Below are positions 1-9,894 of a stretch of DNA of 64,000 nucleotides, piece by piece. The number at the start of each line of letters is the position of its first letter. Position 1 is the stretch's first letter. Both the position numbers and the translations under genes were made by a program. This stretch comes from Barnesiella sp. (GTDB lineage Bacteria > Bacteroidota > Bacteroidia > Bacteroidales > Muribaculaceae), in the NCBI GenBank assembly GCA_014800945.1, contig JAAVFD010000031.1, forward strand, positions 2,093 through 66,092, in the 5' to 3' direction. The notes beneath the pieces were generated by a model, which was given only the letters and a program-made list of their open reading frames with translations, made no database searches and had not been told where the DNA came from.

Positions 1-577
1 AAGCTCTGAGGCGGCTTAATGTAGCCGGTGTTATTCCGAGATATGAAGCAATATAGGCGAGATTGGCACGCTGTATAACCTGGGGGAACTGTTGGCAGAA
101 CTCCTCATACCGTTCTTTTGCCGGGAGAGTCAGCCGCTCCTTATGGGAGCGATGCAGACGACGATATTCATTCTGATGAATCACCCGCCCCCAGTTAGCC
201 CAGTCCATTTCCGTTGACCATAACCGCTGAATGTCCTCAATAGCTATCCTGTAAGCCTTGACGGGCTCAAGGGTCTCCACAAACTCCTCGCTGACACGGT
301 TGTAGTACATCTCATCCATACTGAAAACGATTCCACCCTCCTCGGAAAACGAGGTAGTTATCTCCTCGCCATCCACCAGCCAGTATGAGCGGGTTATACC
401 TGACTCAATGAAGTATGCGCTTCGGCATCGTTCTCCGGCTTTGACGAGGAGACTGCGTTTGGGAAATTCGCACGGGTGGAGGCATTCCAGAAGCTTGGGC
501 AGTGAATTGTCACTCACTGCCCAGTCTCTGCGTATGCGACTGATAATCCGTGGTATGTCAAACTCTTCAACCGGCAT
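1..577 (-). CDS. Crp/Fnr family transcriptional regulator (3' end runs off the window edge)
   Basis: Not in the ORF track. Manual translation from ATG at 577 gives an open frame MPVEEFDIPRII...LVKAGERCRSAYFIESGITRSY...IASYLGITPATLSRLRA, i.e. a cNMP-binding domain plus the Bacteroidetes Crp HTH signature IASYLGIT.xLSR. The ATG overlaps the thiH stop (TGATG). Confidence 0.85.
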   Translation of the reverse strand, partial: MPVEEFDIPRIISRIRRDWAVSDNSLPKLLECLHPCEFPKRSLLVKAGERCRSAYFIESGITRSYWLVDGEEITTSFSEEGGIVFSMDEMYYNRVSEEFVETLEPVKAYRIAIEDIQRLWSTEMDWANWGRVIHQNEYRRLHRSHKERLTLPAKERYEEFCQQFPQVIQRANLAYIASYLGITPATLSRLRA

Positions 578-1701
578 CAAACAAGCGAATTGTCATCAAA
601 TGATTTATCCCAGTCTTTCCAGACAGCCTCATACCCGAGGCTACGGATTTCCTGTGCCACTTCCTTAGGAGAGCGGTCATCGGACACCTCAAACTGCTCA
701 AGCGCCTCCGGTGTGGAAACGTAGCCTCCCGGTTCGGTCTTGCTTCCTGCACTCATGGAGGTAACTCCCAGCTTCATCATATTGGCGCGAAACTGAGGTT
801 TCTCTCTGGTTGAGTAAGAAATATCCACGTCATGGTCAAAAATGCGGAACGCCATAGTGAGCTGAGCGAGTTCCCTGTCAGTCATAACCACGTTAGGCGT
901 GAAACCTCCTTCCGCAGGACACATTCTTGGAAAATTGATGCTATACCTTGTCTTCCAATAGTTACGCCTCAGATAGCTGAGGTGTCTTGCAAGCATTGTC
1001 ACATCAGTGCGCCAGTCCTCCAGTCCGATAAGCACTCCCATTCCGATTTTGTGTACGCCTGCCGCTCCCATTCGGTCAAAGCCGTTAACCCTCCACTCAA
1101 ATATAGACTTCATGCCTCTTGGGTGATAGTTTTTATAAGCTTGCTCATGGTAAGTTTCCTGAAAGCAAACCACCCCGTTGAGTCCGCTATGTGTGAGGCG
1201 CTTGTAGTCTCTCTCCTTAAGCGGCATCACCTCAATGGTGAGATTGTTGAAATAGGGGCGGGCTGTCTGCAAAACCTGTTCAAGATAATCCACTCCGTTT
1301 ATAGCCGGAAATTCTCCCGAAACTATAAGTAGGTTTTCAAACGGTCCGAGCTTTCTGATAGCCTCACACTCAGCCTTGACCTGATCAAGAGTAAGGGTGA
1401 CTCTCTCCAGAGGGTTATGATGGTTGAACCCGCAGTAAACGCAGTGATTGGTGCAAGCATTGGACACATACATGGGAATGTAGAGAGAGATTGTGCGCCC
1501 GAACCGCTCAAGTGTATATTTATGAGCAAGTTGAGCCATCGGCTCAAGGTAATCAGCTGCCGCAGGCGAAATGAGTGCCATAAAATCCTGAATGTCAAGA
1601 TGCTCTTTAGTGAGCGCCCTCTCAACATCCGCCGGGGTTTTAGCCGCAATCTCCTCGGTAGTGGCGTCCCAGCTGTACTTTTTTAATTCTTCATAAAACA
1701 T
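577..1701 (-). CDS. thiH: 2-iminoacetate synthase ThiH (radical SAM)
   Basis: CTNHCVYC radical-SAM motif, C-terminal SAGSKTEPGGY...QFEVSDDRS and WKDWD; lies in the thi operon. Confidence 0.95.
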   Translation of the reverse strand: MFYEELKKYSWDATTEEIAAKTPADVERALTKEHLDIQDFMALISPAAADYLEPMAQLAHKYTLERFGRTISLYIPMYVSNACTNHCVYCGFNHHNPLERVTLTLDQVKAECEAIRKLGPFENLLIVSGEFPAINGVDYLEQVLQTARPYFNNLTIEVMPLKERDYKRLTHSGLNGVVCFQETYHEQAYKNYHPRGMKSIFEWRVNGFDRMGAAGVHKIGMGVLIGLEDWRTDVTMLARHLSYLRRNYWKTRYSINFPRMCPAEGGFTPNVVMTDRELAQLTMAFRIFDHDVDISYSTREKPQFRANMMKLGVTSMSAGSKTEPGGYVSTPEALEQFEVSDDRSPKEVAQEIRSLGYEAVWKDWDKSFDDNSLV

Positions 1702-1713
1702 GGGCGTGATATT

Positions 1714-3426
<1,713 letters not shown>

Positions 3427-3433
3427 TTATTAA

Positions 3434-4216
3434 TTACAGATTATCAAGGAAAGATGTAAGGGGACTGGTAGCGGAGGCGAATGAAGAAACTGCTCCGAGT
3501 CCGGCAAGATAGGCTTTTCTGCCCGCTTCAACCGCAAGCTTGAAAGCCACAGCCATTTCCACCGGATTGGCAGCTACGGCTATAGCGGTGTTGACAAGCA
3601 CTGCATCCGCCCCCATTTCAAGTGCTTCCGCCGCATGGCTGGGTGCTCCGAGTCCGGCATCGATAATCACCGGAACCCTGCTCTCGGCAATTATAATCTC
3701 CACAAGATCCTTGGTTCTGATACCTTTGTTAGTGCCGATAGGCGCTCCGAGCGGCATCACCGCAGCTGTTCCGACCTCTTCAAGTCGCTTGCACAGCACC
3801 GGGTCAGCCTGAATATATGGCAGCACATGAAATCCCTCCTTAGCAAGAATTTCGGTAGCCTTCAGGGTCTCCACCGGATCCGGAAGCAGATACTTGGGGT
3901 CAGGGTGAATTTCCAGCTTGATGAAATCAGTGCCGAAGCACTCGCGGGCAAGTCTCGCCGCCATAACAGCCTCCTGAGCATCGCGCACACCGGAAGTATT
4001 CGGCAGAAACTGCACATGGTCGCGGTTGATATGTTGCAGCATATCGTCCTCCACACCATTGTCCATGTCAAGTCGCTTCATGGCGACTGTAATCATTTCC
4101 GAACCGGATGCGATAATAGCTTCGAGCATTGTTTTGTTTGAGGCGAATTTGCCTGTGCCAACAAAAAGGCGGGAGGTGAAATTCCTTCCACCGATGGTAA
4201 GTTTATCGTTACTCAT
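3434..4216 (-). CDS. thiG: Thiazole synthase ThiG
   Basis: [42 protein letters not shown] motifs. Confidence 0.97.
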   Translation of the reverse strand: MSNDKLTIGGRNFTSRLFVGTGKFASNKTMLEAIIASGSEMITVAMKRLDMDNGVEDDMLQHINRDHVQFLPNTSGVRDAQEAVMAARLARECFGTDFIKLEIHPDPKYLLPDPVETLKATEILAKEGFHVLPYIQADPVLCKRLEEVGTAAVMPLGAPIGTNKGIRTKDLVEIIIAESRVPVIIDAGLGAPSHAAEALEMGADAVLVNTAIAVAANPVEMAVAFKLAVEAGRKAYLAGLGAVSSFASATSPLTSFLDNL

Positions 4217-4830
4217 TTCTGAAGTCTTTCTATCATTTTCGATGTTAATTCAACGGGGTCGTCAGCATTGATGATAGCTCCGCTCACTGCAATGCCGTTT
4301 ACTCCGGCTGCGAGAAGAGGCTCTATGTCATTTTCAGTGACTCCGCCTATTGCAACAATGGGCAGCTCCACTCCGTTAGCTCTGACTTCGTCAATGACTC
4401 TTTTAACCCCCTCGATGCCAAGTTCTGGCGAGAGTTTAGCTTTGGTAGTGGTGAAATGCACAGGACCGAGACCTACATAATCAACATCCTTGCCTTTGAA
4501 GCGGATAATATCCTCCGCTGTATTGGCCGTCACTCCGATAATGGCATGAGGGCCGAGAATATCGCGCGCTTCCATCGGGTCCATATCCTCCTTGCCGAGG
4601 TGTACTCCGCTTACACGAAGCTCATTCACGAGCTCCACTCTGTCATCTATAATAAGGAATGTGTCATTCTCCTTGCAGAGGGGAATGATTTCGTTAGCAA
4701 CTGCTCTGACCTCATCGTCAGAGGCATCCTTCATGCGCAACTGAATCCAGCGGCATCCACCTTCAATTGCCATCTGCGCCTCTTCCGGAATGGAGAAGCG
4801 GTCAGATTGATGTGTAATAAACTGTAGCAT
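4213..4830 (-). CDS. thiE: Thiamine-phosphate synthase ThiE
   Basis: [36 protein letters not shown] motifs. Confidence 0.93.
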   Translation of the reverse strand: MLQFITHQSDRFSIPEEAQMAIEGGCRWIQLRMKDASDDEVRAVANEIIPLCKENDTFLIIDDRVELVNELRVSGVHLGKEDMDPMEARDILGPHAIIGVTANTAEDIIRFKGKDVDYVGLGPVHFTTTKAKLSPELGIEGVKRVIDEVRANGVELPIVAIGGVTENDIEPLLAAGVNGIAVSGAIINADDPVELTSKMIERLQK

Positions 4831-4847
4831 AAATATTTGATTTGATA

Positions 4848-5444
4848 TTAATTTTCAAACTGTCTGAAATCGTCGGATATGAGTTTGAGTTCGTGAGGGT
4901 CGCTAACATCCTGCAGATAGCCGAGCACCGCATATCCGGCAACCGGAATGTAAGCCATGTCCGGAATCTTGTGAGGGGCTATGCCGCCGAGAGCTACAAC
5001 CGGCATCATTTTTCCGGCTTCAATAAATTCATCTTCTGCGATGCGCGGCACATATCCCTTTTTCGAAATTGAAGCAAAAACGGGGCTAAGGGTAACGTAA
5101 GCGAATCTCCTTGAGGCAGCTGCGGCTGCAACATCCGCCACCGAATGACATGACAGAGAGAGCTCGCCGGAGTATCCCGTCGGTGGTTCGGGGCAGCGAC
5201 GGTTCAGGTGCAGACCACCGAGGTTGAATTCGTTTACGAGCTCAAAATGACCGTGCAGTTTGAGCCGCGAGTGATATTGCTGAGGTATTCCTTCAATAAT
5301 ATGCCTTACATCACGAAGTGTCAGTTCCGGATAGCGCAGATGAACGTATGACCAACCGGAAGACAGGAGTGTTGCGAGTCTTTCCGATTCGTTGTCAAAC
5401 GGCACATTGCCTGTAATAACTATTCTGAGCGGGTCAGCCACCAT
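4848..5444 (-). CDS. ThiE/TenI-like protein (second paralogue)
   Basis: HLRYP, GGLHLN, SLSCHS, YVTLSPVFASISKKGY, VALGGI; typical of the TenI-like paralogue in Bacteroidales thi operons. Confidence 0.8.
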   Translation of the reverse strand: MVADPLRIVITGNVPFDNESERLATLLSSGWSYVHLRYPELTLRDVRHIIEGIPQQYHSRLKLHGHFELVNEFNLGGLHLNRRCPEPPTGYSGELSLSCHSVADVAAAAASRRFAYVTLSPVFASISKKGYVPRIAEDEFIEAGKMMPVVALGGIAPHKIPDMAYIPVAGYAVLGYLQDVSDPHELKLISDDFRQFEN

Positions 5445-5634
5445 AAAAGGCTGTGATTACAGTTACAGAGTCACCCTCTTTGAGGATGGTTTTGGCTCGC
5501 GAAGCAGCGGGAATAACCTTGTTGTTAAGAGCGGTTGCAATACCCTGAGTTCTCACATTTGCTTGTTGAAGCGCCTCCTCAAGGGTGGTGCAGTCATCAA
5601 GTTCAAACTCTTTTTCGTTGATAGTAACTTTCAT
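5434..5634 (-). CDS. thiS: Sulfur carrier protein ThiS
   Basis: 66 aa, ubiquitin-like, ends in YGG (C-terminal Gly-Gly). Confidence 0.95.
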   Translation of the reverse strand: MKVTINEKEFELDDCTTLEEALQQANVRTQGIATALNNKVIPAASRAKTILKEGDSVTVITAFYGG

Positions 5635-5641
5635 AAGAGCA

Positions 5642-6466
5642 TTAAATTGATTTCGGATTGAAGTTTTTGAGACGGCGTGGGGCGAAAAAGTGATTTACAG
5701 GGCCGTGTCCATGTCCGCAAGTGATGTATGCGCCGTTTTCTATAGCCTTGGTAACAAACAGCTTGCCACTCTTTATGGCATCGGCAAGTGAGTAACCGAG
5801 AGCCATATATGAGGCTATGGCTGCCGAGAAAGTGCAGCCAGTTCCATGAGTGTTGGCGGTGTTTACAGCATCGGCGTGGATATCAAACACATCGGCACCG
5901 CAGTCAAGCGACACAAAGTCGGTTTTTATCTCAGTGTTGTTGCTGTCGCCCCCCTTAATCACAACATTAGAGCAACCCATTGCATGAAGAGCCTGTGCTT
6001 GTTTTTCCGGCTCGTTTTCGCCGGTAAGCGCTATAGCTTCATGGCAGTTTGGAGTAACGAGCAGGGCATGAGGAAAAATTAGATTCTTCATAGCCTCCAC
6101 CGCATCGGGCTCTATAAGATATGTGCCTGAGGTTGACATCATCACTGGGTCAACAATCAGTTTTCTCACTGCCGATCTCACAAGCACAGAAGATACAGCC
6201 TCGATAACCGGCTTGCTGAACAGCATTCCGGTCTTTACAGCCATTGGAGGGATGTCGGCGAATACCATCTCAATCTGCCGTGCAACAATATCAGGGTCTA
6301 TACCCTGCACGGCGGCAACTCCGGTTGTGTTCTGCGCCGTAATGGCGGTGATGGCGCTCATGGCATAGCAACCTATTGCCGATATGGTTTTTATATCAGC
6401 CTGAATTCCGGCACCTCCCGATGAATCGGAACCGGCTATGGTGAGAACGGGGTAATATTGACGCAT
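5642..6466 (-). CDS. thiD: Hydroxymethylpyrimidine/phosphomethylpyrimidine kinase ThiD
   Basis: VLTIAGSDSSGGAGIQADIKT and NTHGTGCTFS motifs. Start moved to ATG 6466 (MRQYY) because the upstream extension in the ORF track lies in the riboswitch leader. Confidence 0.95.
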   Translation of the reverse strand: MRQYYPVLTIAGSDSSGGAGIQADIKTISAIGCYAMSAITAITAQNTTGVAAVQGIDPDIVARQIEMVFADIPPMAVKTGMLFSKPVIEAVSSVLVRSAVRKLIVDPVMMSTSGTYLIEPDAVEAMKNLIFPHALLVTPNCHEAIALTGENEPEKQAQALHAMGCSNVVIKGGDSNNTEIKTDFVSLDCGADVFDIHADAVNTANTHGTGCTFSAAIASYMALGYSLADAIKSGKLFVTKAIENGAYITCGHGHGPVNHFFAPRRLKNFNPKSI

Positions 6467-6524
6467 ACCTATTCTTGTTTTTTGTATATATAACAAGCGA
6501 CAAGGGTATAACGCCTGACAGACG

Positions 6525-6609
6525 GACAATTCCTTCGCCGGTGCTAACCGGGGCAGGTTCTAAGGGTTTCATCTCAGCCGAGGGAATTACTCCGGGGCAC
6601 CCCTTTGTC
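6525..6609 (-). ncRNA. TPP riboswitch aptamer
   Basis: Minus strand GACAAAGGGGTGC...GGCTGAGATGAAACCCTTAGAACCTG-CCCCGGTTAGCACCGGCGAAGGAATTGTC matches the THI-box core (CTGAGA, ACCTG, GCGnAGG). P1 is GACAA/TTGTC. It sits directly upstream of thiD. Confidence 0.95.
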
Positions 6610-6616
6610 GTGTATG

Positions 6617-6647
6617 CAAAGGTACAACATTGAAAATTAAATGCAAA
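6617..6647 (-). promoter_or_regulatory. Bacteroidetes primary-sigma promoter of the thi operon
   Basis: -33 TTTG (6647-6644), 19-nt spacer, -7 TACCTTTG (6624-6617), immediately upstream of the aptamer. Confidence 0.8.
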
Positions 6648-6784
6648 GATTTGAAAAGATTTTATGACGGCACAATGTTGCGGACGCGGTTGAAGGTCGC
6701 ATCCCATAGGGCGTAGGTGAACTATCTGTGCGGTAAATCTATGGCGCAGGATAGCGACCACAGAGAGTGCGTATAGTAAGCGTA

Positions 6785-8245
6785 TTACTCTACCGTTACA
6801 TCAACTGAAGCAGGGAAGATTCGGCGCGGGTCAAAAAAGAAGGCGAGAGATTCAGTCATTGTCCGGCGATCTGTACTTACCGTTCCTTCAAATTTCTTGT
6901 TGCCGTTCACGGTAATGATTACCGGCTTTGATAAATCGACAAGGTTCTCATCAAGGTAAATTCGTAATTTCCCCTTATTCGCTGGCACTGAGGTTTTTGA
7001 TGTGCCGACATTTACAGTCCATCCGTCCTGACTGACTTTGTCAGTGGGTGAAACGCTGACAGACATAACCTTAAGGTCGATATTATTGCCTGTTATCGTC
7101 ATCTCGTAAGCATCTCTGGTCGGTCCGTCAGTCTTTCCGTGCTGTCCTTCAATCACACGGAGATTGTAGAATCCCTCGCGGCAATTATATGACTCGCCAT
7201 TGACATTTCCCAGGGCAAAGTTCTCCCAATACACATATTTGGGATGTGGATTTCTGGTGTATTTCAAAAGCCATGGCGTTGTTACTGTGTAATCACACCC
7301 ATGACCCATCCCCGGTTGCAAATCAATCTTATGAGTGTAATATCCGGAGTGAAGGTGTGCGAGTCTCTGCCACTCTTTTTTGCAGATATCCGTTATGCGT
7401 GCTCTGCCGTAAGAGGTGTCATTTGCGCCCACTTGCTGACAAAAAGCAATGTTGGCGGTATTTTCGGCCGGGCAGTTGTAAAACGGTTCAGCTCCGGCAA
7501 TTGGACCTGCTCCCGCAATATAATCAGCATAGAATGATGCGAGTCTCTGACTACCGTAGCCTCCTTCTGAAATCCCCATGATATAAATTTTATCAGGGTT
7601 GACGTTTTCTGACAGATATGCAAGTCTTATCACTCTTTCCCACACCTCCTGACGAGACGGCTGATACCATCGGCAACCGGTGCCTCCCATAGGGCTGCGG
7701 GGTACGAAATATGCTGACGGGGAGTCCTGAAAATAAGCACACCAAGCTCCTACGGTGCTCCATTCAGCATAGGTGTCTGTTGAAGAGCCGTGTAGGGCAA
7801 TAAATAATGGGTAGCCGCTTTCAGGTTTGTTCCCTTTGGTGGCATAGGTGTATGACATCTTGCCATCCGTTACCTGCCAAGAACCCGTTTCCGTGAGATT
7901 ATTGAAATTGAGCTGTGACATTACCTGTGGGTCAGCCAGTCTGTCACTCTGATACAGGTTGGCTACCTTCCACTTGGTCCATAATTCGGTTCTGACATTT
8001 TTGAGTTTGTCTGGTTCAACTACAGCAGCCTCGCCTTGAGAGGGTAATTCGTTGCCTGTTAATGAGGCGATAAAGTATTGGACTTCTGAATCATCCGGAA
8101 TTGCAGGCGCAGGATCGGGCTCTGGTTCCGGCTCGGGAGTTACCGGAAGCTCCGGTTCGGGAGAATCAGTATCTTTTGAGCATGAGAAAACTGCGAAAGT
8201 GCAAATGCAGGAAATGGCAAGAATTATGGGCGAGTGTCTAAACAT
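6785..8245 (-). CDS. Lipoprotein with alpha/beta-hydrolase (esterase/peptidase-like) domain
   Basis: Likely start ATG 8245 (MFRHSPIILAISCICTFAVFSC, lipobox). PEPEPEP linker, YPLFIALHG, nucleophile elbow GISEGG, candidate catalytic His in GMGHG. Confidence 0.7.
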   Translation of the reverse strand: MFRHSPIILAISCICTFAVFSCSKDTDSPEPELPVTPEPEPEPDPAPAIPDDSEVQYFIASLTGNELPSQGEAAVVEPDKLKNVRTELWTKWKVANLYQSDRLADPQVMSQLNFNNLTETGSWQVTDGKMSYTYATKGNKPESGYPLFIALHGSSTDTYAEWSTVGAWCAYFQDSPSAYFVPRSPMGGTGCRWYQPSRQEVWERVIRLAYLSENVNPDKIYIMGISEGGYGSQRLASFYADYIAGAGPIAGAEPFYNCPAENTANIAFCQQVGANDTSYGRARITDICKKEWQRLAHLHSGYYTHKIDLQPGMGHGCDYTVTTPWLLKYTRNPHPKYVYWENFALGNVNGESYNCREGFYNLRVIEGQHGKTDGPTRDAYEMTITGNNIDLKVMSVSVSPTDKVSQDGWTVNVGTSKTSVPANKGKLRIYLDENLVDLSKPVIITVNGNKKFEGTVSTDRRTMTESLAFFFDPRRIFPASVDVTVE

Positions 8246-8370
8246 TTGAAAATCATAAATGAAACTTACTTCTGCGAATTTAATGATATTTATCAATAAA
8301 TATGATTTTATACAGGAAAAAATCAGTTGCCATAAGCGATATTTTTATTAATTTCGTGCTCATAAAACCA

Positions 8371-9891
8371 ATGACCTTTTTAATTGTGATTCTTAAAAAA
8401 ATATTGATACCGGCAGCTTTAGTCTTAAGTTCTATTAGTGCGTTTGCCGACAATCTTGTGATTCTACACACCAATGATACCCATAGTGCTATTGACCCTC
8501 AGAAAGATGGCACAGGTGGTATTTTAAGGCGTAAAGTGATAGTTGACAGTGTGCGAAACGTTAACGAGAATGTTCTGTTGATTGATGCAGGTGATGCATT
8601 GCAGGGTACATTGTATTTTACTCTTTTTCAGGGTGAAGTGGAGCGCAAACTTATGGATGCCATAGGGTATGATATAATGATTCTCGGCAATCATGAGTTT
8701 GATTCCGGTATGGATGTGCTGCACAATTATGTTAGCCAAAGCAAAGCGCAGTGGTTGACAACAAACTATGATATGAGAGAAACCGCTCTCGATTCTCTTT
8801 TCGTGCCCTATATTATAAAGGAATATGGCGGTAAAAAAATCGCTTTTATAGGCATAAATCTTAACCCGGAGGGCATGATTTCAGCAGCTAATTCTGTCGG
8901 GGTTAAGTATATGGATGCAATTAAGGCGGCAAATTCCACAGCTTGGAGCCTCAAGCATAATGAGAGGGCGGATATGGTAGTGGCTGTTACACACATAGGG
9001 TATAATTCCGGTCTCGGCCCTGTGGATACAGATATAGCGGCGGCTTCTGAGGATATTGATCTTGTAATCGGCGGTCATAGTCACACGAAAATTGACCCGG
9101 CGGACAGTAGCGCTCCGTCATGGAAGGTGGTTAATGCGGTCGGCGACAGTATTCCGGTGGTTCAGACCGGTTCACTTGGCAGATATGTGGGAGAGATAGA
9201 CATAGACCTGACAAACATGGATATATCCTACAAATTGATTCCTGTAAACAGCCGTTTGGATAATGATATAGATAATGATTTTGCGGCAATTCTCAATCCT
9301 TACCGTCATAGTGTTGATTCAATTCTCGGCATCAAGGTTGGGAGGGCTGCCGAGCCTATAGTAAAGAGCGATTGCGGTCTTGTAAACCTTGTTACCGATA
9401 TGGTGTTGGAGATTGGTGAAAAACTTAACGGTGGAAAGGTTGACCTCGCGGTAATGAACAAGGGAGGTATTCGCTGCGATATGCCCTCGGGAGACATTAC
9501 AAGAGGATTGATAATGCAGATGATGCCGTTTGATAACAGGGTAGTGATACTGGATATCTCAGGTCGTGACCTTGCGGAAGGCTTTGATGTTATGGCAGGG
9601 CGTTTTGGTGACGGTATCAGCGGAGGCTATGCCGAATTTGATAATGATTCCCTGAAATGCACCCGTATTCTTATTGGTGGTAAAGAACTTGTGCCTGATA
9701 AAATATACAGAATAGCCACTATCGACTATCTGGCAACAGGTGGAGATTATATGAAGTCTTTTAAGAATGGTAAGGAGGTAGCCAGAAGCAAGAATATTCT
9801 TTATGATGATATGATGGACTGTCTCATGAACGGTTCACTGAAGGGAAAGAAACTGAAAGGGGATAAAACACTCAGAATGGTTGGAAAATAA
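8371..9891 (+). CDS. Secreted 5'-nucleotidase (metallophosphoesterase + 5'-nucleotidase C domain)
   Basis: ILHTNDTH, DAGD, LGNHEFD, VTHIG, IGGHSH, NKGGIR, MPFDN motifs and a signal peptide. Start is uncertain (8371 chosen). Confidence 0.9.
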   Translation: MTFLIVILKKILIPAALVLSSISAFADNLVILHTNDTHSAIDPQKDGTGGILRRKVIVDSVRNVNENVLLIDAGDALQGTLYFTLFQGEVERKLMDAIGYDIMILGNHEFDSGMDVLHNYVSQSKAQWLTTNYDMRETALDSLFVPYIIKEYGGKKIAFIGINLNPEGMISAANSVGVKYMDAIKAANSTAWSLKHNERADMVVAVTHIGYNSGLGPVDTDIAAASEDIDLVIGGHSHTKIDPADSSAPSWKVVNAVGDSIPVVQTGSLGRYVGEIDIDLTNMDISYKLIPVNSRLDNDIDNDFAAILNPYRHSVDSILGIKVGRAAEPIVKSDCGLVNLVTDMVLEIGEKLNGGKVDLAVMNKGGIRCDMPSGDITRGLIMQMMPFDNRVVILDISGRDLAEGFDVMAGRFGDGISGGYAEFDNDSLKCTRILIGGKELVPDKIYRIATIDYLATGGDYMKSFKNGKEVARSKNILYDDMMDCLMNGSLKGKKLKGDKTLRMVGK

Positions 9892-9894
9892 GTT

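Noticed and set aside
1-577. Suspected pseudogene, because the Crp gene is absent from the ORF track
   Set aside because: Codon-by-codon reading shows an intact frame; it is missing only because its stop lies outside the window.
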